Shown: positions 9,516 through 19,030 of the stretch, one piece after another
Numbering within the stretch: position 1 is the first letter of the stretch
Layout of the letters: each line of letters opens with the position of its first letter
Origin: Prosthecobacter sp.
GTDB lineage: Bacteria > Verrucomicrobiota > Verrucomicrobiia > Verrucomicrobiales > Verrucomicrobiaceae
NCBI RefSeq assembly: GCF_021733925.1
Contig: NZ_JAIPJY010000022.1
Length of the DNA stretch: 64,000 nt
Direction: 5' to 3' (one strand)
Program-made: the position numbers and the translations under genes
Notes under the pieces: model-generated
What the model was told of the DNA's origin: nothing
The model's input: the letters and a program-made list of their open reading frames with translations, nothing else
The model's database searches: none

Positions 9516-10796
9516 TCAAAAGGCTTGATGCAGCGTGGCGTTGTTGGGGCGGGTGTACACGGCCTGCACGACGCTGATGTTCCGCGAGGCAAAGGCGGCC
9601 TCGCAATATTGCAGGTAGAAGTTCCATTTGCGGACAAAGCGGTCGTCAAAGCCGAGCGCCTTCACCTCCGTGACTTTGGCATTGAACCGCTCAAACCACA
9701 CCCTCAGTGTTTTGGCATATGACGCGCCGAGATCTTCCAGACCGTGCATGAACAGCTCGCTGGTACGGTTGATGGCCTCGTTGACACGCCCCACACTGAG
9801 CAGCAGCGAACCGGGGAAGATGTGCTTTTGAATCCAGTCCACTCCTTTGCGCAGGTCCTTGTGCTGGCAGTCGGCCACCGTGATCATCTGGAAAGCCAGC
9901 AGGCCGTCGGGCTTCAGCACTTCAGCACACTTGGCGAAGTAGGTCTCCAGGTACTTGTCACCCACGGCCTCCAGCATTTCGATGGAGGCGATCTTGTCGA
10001 ACTGGCCGGTGATGTGACGGTAATCCTGCATGCGGATTTCGACCTGATCGGACAGCCCTTCACGCGCCACGCGCTCGGTGGCATACTTGTGCTGCTCCTG
10101 CGAGATCGTGACGGCAGTAACACGGCAGCCATGATGCTTGGCCACATGGCAGGAGAAGCCACCCCAGCCGCAGCCGATTTCGAGCACGTGGTCACCCGGC
10201 TTGAGCTGCAGTTTCTGACACAGCGCCTCGTATTTGGAATGCTGCGCATCGGCAAGAGGCTGTCCTGGATGCTCAAACCGCGCAGCGGAATAGGTCATCG
10301 TTTCGTCGAGCCAGAGCGAGTAGAACTCATTCCCCAGATCGTAGTGCTCGGCGATGTTGCGCCGGCTGGTGCTCACGCTGTTGGGCCGCAGCAGATGTTG
10401 GACTCGGTTGACGAAGTTCAGTAGATTAACACAGGCCACCTTGCCGGAGGAACTGCTCGAACCCTGGCTCTTGGAGAGATTCAGAATGAACCACTCGATC
10501 ACCGCTGCGATGTCATCGGTCTCCCAGTCACCATCGACGTAGGCCTCACCAAATCCGACATTGCCAAACAGGGCGCAGCGTTTGAAAAAATCACGACTGC
10601 GGATGCGCATCTCGGCCGTGATTGGAGCCCCATGTTCGCCCAGCACATGCGCACGACCATCGGGGTGCACCATTCTCAGACCGCCATGAATGAAAGGTTT
10701 GAGCGAAAGCATAAAAAGCCGCTCGTAGAAGCCCGGCTTCGCCGCCGCAGGTGTGGAGGCGGGGATCTCGGTGTCGTAAGTGATGCTGTTGTTCAT
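9516..10796 (-). CDS. cfa: Cyclopropane-fatty-acyl-phospholipid synthase family methyltransferase (UfaM-like candidate)
   Basis: VGFGEAYVDGDW, NIAEHYDLGNEFY, LEIGCGWG, SIEMLEAVG, YIFPG-like HIFPG, YLQYCEAAF. Confidence 0.92.
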   Translation of the reverse strand: MNNSITYDTEIPASTPAAAKPGFYERLFMLSLKPFIHGGLRMVHPDGRAHVLGEHGAPITAEMRIRSRDFFKRCALFGNVGFGEAYVDGDWETDDIAAVIEWFILNLSKSQGSSSSSGKVACVNLLNFVNRVQHLLRPNSVSTSRRNIAEHYDLGNEFYSLWLDETMTYSAARFEHPGQPLADAQHSKYEALCQKLQLKPGDHVLEIGCGWGGFSCHVAKHHGCRVTAVTISQEQHKYATERVAREGLSDQVEIRMQDYRHITGQFDKIASIEMLEAVGDKYLETYFAKCAEVLKPDGLLAFQMITVADCQHKDLRKGVDWIQKHIFPGSLLLSVGRVNEAINRTSELFMHGLEDLGASYAKTLRVWFERFNAKVTEVKALGFDDRFVRKWNFYLQYCEAAFASRNISVVQAVYTRPNNATLHQAF

Positions 10797-11593
10797 GGTT
10801 TTTGGGGGGCGATGGATTCGTGGGGACGCAGGACTCCGAGCTGCAGCCCGGCATTGGCTGTTTTGCGGTGCCAGGGAATGCGCTTCAGCCACAGCCGCAG
10901 CGCATGCCAGTGGATGAGAAAAATGACGCGCAGCGTGAGCAGCGGATACTTCACCGCGCAGAGCAGCAGCCCGGCATCTGTCAGCGGTCGCTGTTTGCCC
11001 GTGAGCGCGGTGAGCAGCACGCGGTCATCTTCCTGCCGGTCGTCGATGTGAATCTCCAGCTTCTCGTCCGGCACCTGCAATTTGAAATCGAAGCTCAGAT
11101 CTAGTGCGAAGAAAGGCGACACATAAAAGTGCTTGGGCGTGATCAGGCGAAAGCGCTCGGCACGATCACACTCCTTCAAGATGTACGGCTTCTGCTCGTG
11201 AAAGGTGTTGGTCACCTCCGCCACAGCGCACACCGGCTCGCCGGCAGCATCAAAGGCGTAGTAGAAGCAGACCGGGTTGAAGATGTAGCCAAGCACCCGT
11301 GGAAAGGTGAGCAGGCGTATGCTGGCGATGCGCGTGGTGTCCACCTCGTTCCCCTCCAGATACTTCAGGATATTCGCCTTCAAATCTCCGACACCGAGGT
11401 CGAGATGATCCCGGTCATAAAAAGAGAACAAATTGAAGCGGTTGCGGCTGAAGCAGCGCAGCTTCGAAGCAAGGTCGTCGATGGCATCAAGATCGAGCCA
11501 CAGGTAAAACACATTGTAATTGAACCGATGCACCTTCGGCTGCAGCCGGTGGTGCATCACCGCACATTCGTAGATGGCGGGCTCGGTCTTCAT
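10793..11593 (-). CDS. DUF1365 family protein (UfaO-like candidate)
   Basis: HHRLQPKVHRFNY, LLTFPRVLGYIFNPVCFYY, AEVTNTF, KHFYVSPFF, IHWHALRLWLK. Confidence 0.9.
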   Translation of the reverse strand: MKTEPAIYECAVMHHRLQPKVHRFNYNVFYLWLDLDAIDDLASKLRCFSRNRFNLFSFYDRDHLDLGVGDLKANILKYLEGNEVDTTRIASIRLLTFPRVLGYIFNPVCFYYAFDAAGEPVCAVAEVTNTFHEQKPYILKECDRAERFRLITPKHFYVSPFFALDLSFDFKLQVPDEKLEIHIDDRQEDDRVLLTALTGKQRPLTDAGLLLCAVKYPLLTLRVIFLIHWHALRLWLKRIPWHRKTANAGLQLGVLRPHESIAPQKP

Positions 11594-12870
11594 CACCAAG
11601 GCTCCTTTCCGAGAAGGTCACGACACAAGGCGACGGCTGAGCCAAAGGCGTCCTCATGGAAACCGTGGCGAAAGTAGCTGCCGCAGAAATAGGTGCTCTG
11701 GTCGCGGGAAAGCCGGTTGAGATCAGGCAGCCTCTTCTGCGCATCGATCGCAGCCAGGTCGAAGAGCGGATGCTCGTAGTTGATGCGCTTCAGCACCTTA
11801 TCCGGGGCGATTTCATAAGCCGCGTTGATGGCGACAAAATAGTTCGTCTTGTCTGACACTCCCTGAAGGCTGTTCATCCAGTAATGCGTGCTCGGCTCGA
11901 TGCCACCACCCGCTGTTGGTTTGATACGATAGTTCCACGACGCCCAGCACTTCTTGGATTTGGGCATGAAGCTCTCATCCGTGTGCAGCGTGGCGATGTT
12001 GGGCTGGTATTTGAAACACCCCAGCAGCTCGCTTTCGAGATCCGTCGGCTGGGCCAGCATGCGCAGCGTTTGATCCGCATGACTGGCGAAGACGACCTTG
12101 TCGAAGACCTCAGCCCCGCCATCGCGCGGGAACACCTTCACGCCATCCGCATCCCTCTCCACACGGACCACCGGAGCCCCCAGCCGGATGCAATCCTTGA
12201 AGGGCGCGGTCAGTTTTTTCACATACGAGCGCGCACCATCCGTCACAGTCCGCCAGGGATGCTGCGTGTTCAGGCCGAGGAATCCGTGATTATGCCAGAA
12301 GTGGATCAACGTGAGCGCTGGAAATTCCAGCATCAGCTCCGGCGGTGTGGACCACACGGCGGAACCCATCGGGATGATATAGAGATTGAGGAAATCACTG
12401 CCGTACCCCCTCACCTCCACGTAATCGCGCAGTGTCATACGGGCAAAACGCTCCTCACTCAGCGCCGCCACAGCCTCGGCATTGAAGCGATTGATCTGCA
12501 GGATGAACTTCCAAAATCGCGGACTGATCAGATTGCGCCGCTGGCCAAAAAGATGATTCAACGAGGTGCCATTGTATTCGATGCCGCTTTGCAGATGCGA
12601 CACGCTGAAGGACATCGAGGTCGGCTTCGTCTCCACATCGAGTTCCTTGAACAGGCGGCTCAGCAGCGGATACGTCACATTGTTGAAGACCATGAAGCCG
12701 GTGTCCACCGGCAGCTCGCGGCCTGCTTCATTCACCGTCACGGTGTTGGTGTGGCCGCCAGCATAGTCGTTCTGCTCGAAGATCGTCAGATCAAAATGCT
12801 TCTGCAGAAAGTGTGCACAGCCCAGCCCGGCGACACCCGTTCCTATGATGGCTAGGCGCGGACGATTCAT
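11593..12870 (-). CDS. FAD/NAD(P)-binding oxidoreductase of the cfa cluster (UfaD-like candidate)
   Basis: AIIGTGVAGL, GGHTNT, VDTGFMVFN..TYP, WASWNY, YEHP, HGFHEDAFGS. Confidence 0.9.
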   Translation of the reverse strand: MNRPRLAIIGTGVAGLGCAHFLQKHFDLTIFEQNDYAGGHTNTVTVNEAGRELPVDTGFMVFNNVTYPLLSRLFKELDVETKPTSMSFSVSHLQSGIEYNGTSLNHLFGQRRNLISPRFWKFILQINRFNAEAVAALSEERFARMTLRDYVEVRGYGSDFLNLYIIPMGSAVWSTPPELMLEFPALTLIHFWHNHGFLGLNTQHPWRTVTDGARSYVKKLTAPFKDCIRLGAPVVRVERDADGVKVFPRDGGAEVFDKVVFASHADQTLRMLAQPTDLESELLGCFKYQPNIATLHTDESFMPKSKKCWASWNYRIKPTAGGGIEPSTHYWMNSLQGVSDKTNYFVAINAAYEIAPDKVLKRINYEHPLFDLAAIDAQKRLPDLNRLSRDQSTYFCGSYFRHGFHEDAFGSAVALCRDLLGKEPW

Positions 12871-13871
12871 GCGACAGGATTTTGGGCTGATTGTTTGAGC
12901 TGCGCCGCCTCACGATACACGCTGGGCGGCACTCCCTTGAGATCCCAGATCAGCCCCGTCCACGAAAGCATCTTGAGCACGTAGTAGGACACATCAATCT
13001 CCCACCAGAAGAAGCCCTGACGTGCGGCCCCTGCATAGCGGTGGTGGTTGTTGTGCCAGCCTTCACCCAGCGTCAGCAGCGCCAGCAGCAGACTGTTGCG
13101 ACTGTCATCATCGGTCTTGAACCGCTTGGAGCCGAACACATGAGCCAGCGAGTTGATGAAAAACGTCGCATGCAGCAGGATCACCGTGCTGATGAAAAAG
13201 CCCCACACAAACATCTGCGCACCGTTGGTCCCGAGTCCGGGGGCATAGCGTTCCATCAGCCATCCCGTGAGCCAGAGGAGAGCCCCATAGAGCAGCGGCA
13301 CGATTTGATCATGCCTGTTGAGAAACACCAGCTCAGGAAACTGCTCCAGATCCCGAATGCGGCTGTAGTCCGTGGGGAAGTTTTTGAAGCTGGTCAGCCA
13401 GCCGATATGAGACCAGATGAAGCCGCGCACCCTTGGCGAATGCGCATCCGGCACTTCGTCCGAATGCTGGTGATGGTGGCGGTGCACCGATGCCCACCAC
13501 AAAGCCCCGCGCTGGCAGGAGGTATTGCCCAGCACCGCAAACAGGAACTGCATCAAACGCGAAGTGCGGAAGCTCCGGTGCGAGAAATAACGATGGTAAA
13601 AGGCCGTGATGGCAAACATGCGCACCGCATAGAGCACCAGCGCGGCCACCAGCGCCGTCCAGCTGAATCCGACCCATAGCACGCTCAAACAGCCCAGATG
13701 CAGCACGATGAACGGCAGGCAGCGCCGCCAGTCGATCGCGTCGGTCAGCTTGTCGTCCCCCTCCCAGCCCGGCGGGCGGTAGTCCGAGTCAAACCACTGC
13801 CTCATCATCACGGCAATCTGCCAGATGAGGTTTCGTCGCTTCGGTAAAGTGGGAGGGCTCTCGCTTTTCAC
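12867..13871 (-). CDS. Acyl-CoA (delta-9 type) fatty acid desaturase
   Basis: Three His boxes HRYFSH, HRHHH, HNNHH; INSLAH; GEGW; GTG start uncertain. Confidence 0.92.
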   Translation of the reverse strand: MKSESPPTLPKRRNLIWQIAVMMRQWFDSDYRPPGWEGDDKLTDAIDWRRCLPFIVLHLGCLSVLWVGFSWTALVAALVLYAVRMFAITAFYHRYFSHRSFRTSRLMQFLFAVLGNTSCQRGALWWASVHRHHHQHSDEVPDAHSPRVRGFIWSHIGWLTSFKNFPTDYSRIRDLEQFPELVFLNRHDQIVPLLYGALLWLTGWLMERYAPGLGTNGAQMFVWGFFISTVILLHATFFINSLAHVFGSKRFKTDDDSRNSLLLALLTLGEGWHNNHHRYAGAARQGFFWWEIDVSYYVLKMLSWTGLIWDLKGVPPSVYREAAQLKQSAQNPVA

Positions 13872-14061
13872 GCCTCCTTGTGCGCCTGTCCCTTTCTTCT
13901 GGATTCAAAAAAATGTCGAAAATTCGGTGGCCGGCTTGTGCTGTTCATTTCCGGCGTGGTATGAAGCAGCATGAATGACTCCATCCCCCTCCGGCTCGCA
14001 TGAGTTTCACACCACCCGCCGCCAGGAGCACGAGTCCCCGCTGAAAACGCACCCCATGCCG

Positions 14062-15060
14062 CTAAAGCACGATGCTGCGCAGACGTTCGGCGCAGAGCTC
14101 GGGCCGCATGCTGTTGATGTAGGTTCCGCTGCCGAGTTCAAAGCCGGCCAGCTGGGAGATGCGTGAAACAACGGAAACATACCAGTGAAAGCAACCGGAT
14201 GACACCTCTCCCACAGGCGCGGAACGAATGGTGATGTTGTAGTCCGGCGCACCTGCGCCAGCCCTCAGCCGCCGCAGCAGGCGGCTCAGCATGCCCGCCA
14301 GTGCTTCGATGTCCGCATCGCTGATCTCATCAAAAGACGACTCATGCTTGCGCGGGAAAATCCAGGTGTGAAAAGGCGAAAGTGCCGCATAAGGCATGAA
14401 GGCGACGAAGGCCTCTCCAGCCTCGATGATGCGCTCTTCCGCCAGCAGTTCATCGTGCAACACCGCGCAATACAAACAGCCGCCTTCCAGTTCATGAAAA
14501 CGCCGCGCCTCCTGCAGGCGCATGCACACCTGTGAGGAAAGGATCGGAGCCGCTGTGATCTGGGAATGTGCATGCTCCAGGGAACTGCCCGCTCGCTGCC
14601 CCTGGTTTTTGAAAATAACGATGCTCTCCACCAGAGGATGACCCCGCAGCGCCTGATAACGCTCCCGGTACATGCGCAGCACCAGGACCAGATGCGCGAC
14701 ATCCATCGCACAGGGGTCAAGATCATGCCTCGGGTGCTCCACCACCACTTCATGCACCCCGGCGGCTGTCATGGAGCGAAATGTACCTTGCTTCTTCCTC
14801 TGCAAATCTAGTGAGGCATCAAAGACGGAATACTTGTTGGGAACCACGCGCACCAGCCAGGAGCCATCCGGGGCGCTTATGCGTGCGATTTCCCCTTGAG
14901 TCAGCGCTTCATTGCCTGAGCAGAAGGGGCAGTCGTCACGATGCGCCGGCCGCAACGGATGCTCTGCTCCCTGCCGATGGTAATCATCCGGCCTGAGCGC
15001 CCGGTCCGGAGACATGACGACCCAGTCGAGCGTGATGGGATTAAAGCGCATTTCAGACAT
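14062..15060 (-). CDS. galT: Galactose-1-phosphate uridylyltransferase
   Basis: MRFNPITLDWV..RALRP, CPFC, RVVPNKY, HEVVVE, FKNQG..GSSLEHAHSQ, FELGSG. Confidence 0.9.
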   Translation of the reverse strand: MSEMRFNPITLDWVVMSPDRALRPDDYHRQGAEHPLRPAHRDDCPFCSGNEALTQGEIARISAPDGSWLVRVVPNKYSVFDASLDLQRKKQGTFRSMTAAGVHEVVVEHPRHDLDPCAMDVAHLVLVLRMYRERYQALRGHPLVESIVIFKNQGQRAGSSLEHAHSQITAAPILSSQVCMRLQEARRFHELEGGCLYCAVLHDELLAEERIIEAGEAFVAFMPYAALSPFHTWIFPRKHESSFDEISDADIEALAGMLSRLLRRLRAGAGAPDYNITIRSAPVGEVSSGCFHWYVSVVSRISQLAGFELGSGTYINSMRPELCAERLRSIVL

Positions 15061-15193
15061 GTGGGACAGAATGGGTGGTCCTTTTTCTAACGCATGGAAT
15101 TCTCTTAGCTGACAAAAAAAGCCGCGCAGGTTTCCCTGCACGGCTTGTGATGGTTTGGGCAAAGTAGCTTTGTTGCTGTGCAACGGGCCAGCT

Positions 15194-16414
15194 TTACTTC
15201 GCAGCCTTCTTGAGCGCCTCGGCCTTGTTGGTGAGTTCCCAGGTAAGTTCCGGATCGTCGATCTTGCCAAAGTGACCGTAGTTGGTGGTCTTCGAATAGA
15301 TCGGGCGCAGGAGGTTGAGCTGCTTGACGATGTCGGCAGGCTTGAAGGAGAAGACCTTCAAGACAGCGTCGAGGATCTTGTCGTCATCGATGCTGCCGGT
15401 GCCGAAGGTGTCAACGTGCACGCTCACGGGCTCAGGATGACCAATGGCGTAGGCGAACTGGACTTCGCACTTGGAGGCGAGGCCGGAGGCAACGACGTTC
15501 TTGGCGACCCAGCGGCCCATGTAGGCGGCGCTGCGGTCCACTTTGGACGGATCTTTGCCAGAGAAGGCACCACCGCCGTGACGGCCCATGCCGCCGTAGC
15601 TGTCCACGATGATCTTGCGTCCGGTCAGGCCGCTGTCGCCCTGAGGACCACCAACGACGAACTTGCCGGTCGGATTGATGAGATACTCGGTGTCCTTCGT
15701 GAGCATGTTCTTCGGCAGCACCTTTTTGATGACCTGCTCGATGCAAAACTTCTCGATCTCGGCGTGGCTCACATCCGCAGCATGCTGCGTGGAGATCACG
15801 ACGTTCACGATGCGCGTGGGCTTGCCATCAACGTATTCCACGGAGACCTGGCTCTTCGCGTCAGGGCGCAGCCACTTGGCCAGCTTGCCAGCCTTGCGGA
15901 TGCGTGTCAGCTCACGGCCCAGGCGGTGAGCATACATGATCGGCGCAGGCATGAGTTCCGGCGTGTCGTCACAGGCGAAACCAAACATGATGCCCTGGTC
16001 ACCAGCGCCCTGTTCCTGATGCTTTTTGCCTTCGGCGCCAGCGGCGTCCACACCTTGAGCGATGTCGGGGCTCTGGATGGTGAGGTAGTTGTTGATGAAA
16101 AGCTTGTCGGCGTGGAACACGTCGTCGTCATTGGTGTAGCCAATGCCGCGCACGGCGTCACGGATGACTTTGCCGACGTTGATGACTTCATCGATTGGCT
16201 TGGTGGTGCCGTTCTTCTTGTTTTGAAGCTTCGGGATGGTGATCTCACCACCGACGACGACGACATTGCTCTTCGCAAAGGTCTCGCAGGCGACGCGGCT
16301 CTTCGGGTCGATCGCAAGGCAGGCGTCGAGGATGGCGTCAGAAATGGTGTCGCAAACTTTGTCAGGATGGCCTTCGCCGACGGACTCGGACGAGAAGATG
16401 TAGCTACGGGACAT
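15194..16414 (-). CDS. metK: S-adenosylmethionine synthetase
   Basis: [54 protein letters not shown]. Confidence 0.98.
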   Translation of the reverse strand: MSRSYIFSSESVGEGHPDKVCDTISDAILDACLAIDPKSRVACETFAKSNVVVVGGEITIPKLQNKKNGTTKPIDEVINVGKVIRDAVRGIGYTNDDDVFHADKLFINNYLTIQSPDIAQGVDAAGAEGKKHQEQGAGDQGIMFGFACDDTPELMPAPIMYAHRLGRELTRIRKAGKLAKWLRPDAKSQVSVEYVDGKPTRIVNVVISTQHAADVSHAEIEKFCIEQVIKKVLPKNMLTKDTEYLINPTGKFVVGGPQGDSGLTGRKIIVDSYGGMGRHGGGAFSGKDPSKVDRSAAYMGRWVAKNVVASGLASKCEVQFAYAIGHPEPVSVHVDTFGTGSIDDDKILDAVLKVFSFKPADIVKQLNLLRPIYSKTTNYGHFGKIDDPELTWELTNKAEALKKAAK

Positions 16415-16477
16415 GATGGTGGTCGTATGGGTTATATGGACGAATCATGATTTGATGATGCGTCTTGGGAAGACGGG

Positions 16478-16505
16478 AGAGTATTCCCCAAACCGGGGGC
16501 GTCAA
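16478..16505 (-). promoter_or_regulatory. Probable sigma70-type promoter of metK
   Basis: Minus strand TTGACG-N16-TACTCT, about 65 nt upstream of the ATG. Confidence 0.5.
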
Positions 16506-16597
16506 TGTGGATTTCACGCCGCAGCAGGGTGGGGTCTGGATAGGTGCAGGCGGATTTAGAGAAGAATGAGACCTGCCATTGGCGCGTTTAGGGGGAC

Positions 16598-17932
16598 ATG
16601 ATGCTTTGCTGCCTTTTCTGTGCACTCCTTGCCGCTCTCCCGGGTCCTGCCATTCCTTTCGAGAATCCCAACATCCTTCTCATTGTCGTGGATGACATGG
16701 GCTGGGGCGATGTCTCCTGCTATGGCGGCCAGGTTCCGACGCCGAATATGGACCGGCTGGCCAAGGAAGGAATGCAGTTCCGGCAGTTCTATGTGGCCTC
16801 TCCCATCTGCTCCGCTTCGCGCTGCGGTATGATCACGGGGCAGTATCCTGCTCGGTGGCGGATCACGAGCTACCTGCAAACCAAGGCGGGCAACCGCGAA
16901 TGTGAGCAGGCGGATTTTCTCGATCCGCAGGCACCTTCCCTGCCACGTGTCTTCCACGAATTCGGCTACGCCACCGCCCACATCGGCAAATGGCACCTCG
17001 GTGGCGGACGCGATGTCACAGATGCGCCCAAATTCGCCGCCTATGGCTACGATCTGGGCCTCGGCACCTATGAAAGCCCGGAGCCTGCCGCAGGACTGGG
17101 TTTGAAAACCACCCCCTGGGAACTCAAGCGCGAGCCCCAGCAGGTGCCTCGACACGAGCGCACGCGCTGGATGGTGGATGAAACGCTCAAATTCATGCAG
17201 CAGCACTCCACCCAGCCACGCTTCGTGAATCTGTGGTTCGACGACGTTCACACTCCCTACCGTCCCGTCGATGCCAAGGACGAGCGCGGCCTCCCGGCGA
17301 AATATCGCGACGTCCTCATCGAAACAGATCGCCAGATCGGCCGTCTCATTGACGCACTTCCTCCCAACACCCTCATCGTCCTCTGCGGCGACAACGGCCC
17401 GGAGCCCACCCTGGAGCACACCCGCACCAAGGGCCTGCGAGGCATGAAATGGAGCCTCTATGAAGGCGGCATCCGTACCCCGCTCATCGTACGCTGGCCC
17501 AGCACGGTGCCGGCAGGTGCCGTGAATGACACCACCGTCTTCAGCAGCGTCGATTTCATGCCCACCCTCTGCGCCCTGGCTCAGATCAAAGCTCCCGTGG
17601 CCGATCAGGATGGCGAAGACATGAGCGCTGCGCTGCGCGGCGAAAAAGTCGTGCGCCACAAGCCTCTCCTCTGGGAATACGGCCGAAAACCCGGTGAAGC
17701 AGGCAAAGTGAAGAACGGCTTCCCCTACCCCAAAGAACCCGACTCCAAATCTCCCAACGTCGCCATCCGCGACGGCGACTGGAAACTCCTGGTGAATGCC
17801 GATGGCACCCAAACCGAGCTCTACCACCTCGGCAAAGACCCCAACGAAACCTCCAATCTCGCTGAGGCCGAAAAAGAGACATCCAAGCGCCTCAAAAAAG
17901 CCGCTTTGGACTGGCGGAAGGCACTGCCCTGA
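16598..17932 (+). CDS. Arylsulfatase-like sulfatase
   Basis: PNILLIVVDDMGWGD, SPICSASR (CxAxR variant), HIGKWHLG, GDNG, LYEGGIRTPLIVRWP. Confidence 0.92.
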   Translation: MMLCCLFCALLAALPGPAIPFENPNILLIVVDDMGWGDVSCYGGQVPTPNMDRLAKEGMQFRQFYVASPICSASRCGMITGQYPARWRITSYLQTKAGNRECEQADFLDPQAPSLPRVFHEFGYATAHIGKWHLGGGRDVTDAPKFAAYGYDLGLGTYESPEPAAGLGLKTTPWELKREPQQVPRHERTRWMVDETLKFMQQHSTQPRFVNLWFDDVHTPYRPVDAKDERGLPAKYRDVLIETDRQIGRLIDALPPNTLIVLCGDNGPEPTLEHTRTKGLRGMKWSLYEGGIRTPLIVRWPSTVPAGAVNDTTVFSSVDFMPTLCALAQIKAPVADQDGEDMSAALRGEKVVRHKPLLWEYGRKPGEAGKVKNGFPYPKEPDSKSPNVAIRDGDWKLLVNADGTQTELYHLGKDPNETSNLAEAEKETSKRLKKAALDWRKALP

Positions 17933-17992
17933 AATTTCCCCTCGCCAGCAGAAAAAATGCCACTAGGATGCGCGCCCCCTTCCCCCCAACCC

Positions 17993-18877
17993 ATGTCCGA
18001 ACCGAAGAACATCCTCCGCCTGGGCCTGCCCAAAGGCAGCCTGCAGGAGCCGACCCTTGAATTATTCAAGCGTGCGGGGTTCAACATCGTCGTCTCCTCC
18101 CGCTCTTACCGCCCCTCCGTGGATGATTCAGAGCTGGAGCTCCGCCTGCTGCGCGCCCAGGAAATCGGTCGTTATGTCGATCATGGCTTCCTGGACTGCG
18201 GCATCACCGGTCGCGACTGGATCGTGGAAAACGGGGCCGATGTCGAGGTCATCACCGACCTGCGCTACAGCAAGGCGACCTCCTGGCCCACTCGCTGGGT
18301 GCTGGTAGTGCCGGATGACTCCCCCGTGAAGAGCGTCAAGGACCTCCAGGGCAAGCGCATCGCCACCGAAGCGGTCGAGATGACGAAAAAATACCTCGCA
18401 GCCAACGGCGTCGAGGCCGAAGTCGAATTTAGCTGGGGTGCCACCGAAGTGAAGGTGCCCGAAATGGTGGATGCCATCGTGGACATCACCGAAACCGGCT
18501 CATCCCTGCGCGCGAACAAGCTGCGCATCGTGGACACGCTGATGGAAAGCTACCCCCAATTTGTCTCCAGCCGACCCGCCGCCCGTGATGAATGGAAGCG
18601 GCAGAAGATGGAGACACTCGTGCTGCTGCTCAAAGGTGCGCTCGAGGCCCGCCACAAGGTGGGTCTCAAAATGAACGTACCCACGAAACAGCTGCAGGAA
18701 GTGGTCGCATGCCTGCCGGCTCAGCGCTCGCCTACCGTTTCAACACTCGCCAGCCAGGATTGGGTGGCAGTGGAAACGGTCATCGACGAAGCCACCGTGC
18801 GGGTCATCATCCCACGACTGAAATCGCTGGGGGCCGAGGGTATTGTGGAATACCCGCTGAATAAAGTCGTCCACTAA
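17993..18877 (+). CDS. hisG: ATP phosphoribosyltransferase, long form
   Basis: [39 protein letters not shown]; C-terminal regulatory domain present. Confidence 0.96.
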   Translation: MSEPKNILRLGLPKGSLQEPTLELFKRAGFNIVVSSRSYRPSVDDSELELRLLRAQEIGRYVDHGFLDCGITGRDWIVENGADVEVITDLRYSKATSWPTRWVLVVPDDSPVKSVKDLQGKRIATEAVEMTKKYLAANGVEAEVEFSWGATEVKVPEMVDAIVDITETGSSLRANKLRIVDTLMESYPQFVSSRPAARDEWKRQKMETLVLLLKGALEARHKVGLKMNVPTKQLQEVVACLPAQRSPTVSTLASQDWVAVETVIDEATVRVIIPRLKSLGAEGIVEYPLNKVVH

Positions 18878-18908
18878 GATCAACGCCAACACACAGGAGA
18901 ACACGAAC

Positions 18909-19013
18909 ATGGGATCGCTCAAAAAGCGGAGAAAAACGAAGATCAACAAGCACAAGCGCAAGAAGCGCATGCGCGCGAACCGTCACAAGAAGCGTTTGCG
19001 CTACAAGTCGTAA
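18909..19013 (+). CDS. 34-aa basic protein, AURKAIP1/COX24 (bS22/mS38-like) family; absent from the ORF track
   Basis: MGSLKKRRKTKINKHKRKKRMRANRHKKRLRYKS*, AGGAGA RBS at 18895-18900. Confidence 0.85.
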   Translation: MGSLKKRRKTKINKHKRKKRMRANRHKKRLRYKS

Positions 19014-19030
19014 CCGCTAGCCTCCCCGGC

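Noticed and set aside
13881-13906. Possible ECF (RpoE/ChrR-type) promoter GAATCC-N16-CGCA ahead of the desaturase
   Set aside because: Mismatches in both boxes and too close to the start; tempting because of the operon type but unsupported.
13975-14166. 63-aa plus-strand ORF between the desaturase and galT
   Set aside because: Overlaps the galT 3' end on the opposite strand; no RBS or motif support.
16415-16477. SAM riboswitch upstream of metK
   Set aside because: The leader is only about 60 nt and shows none of the SAM-I/II/V conserved elements; just one small hairpin.
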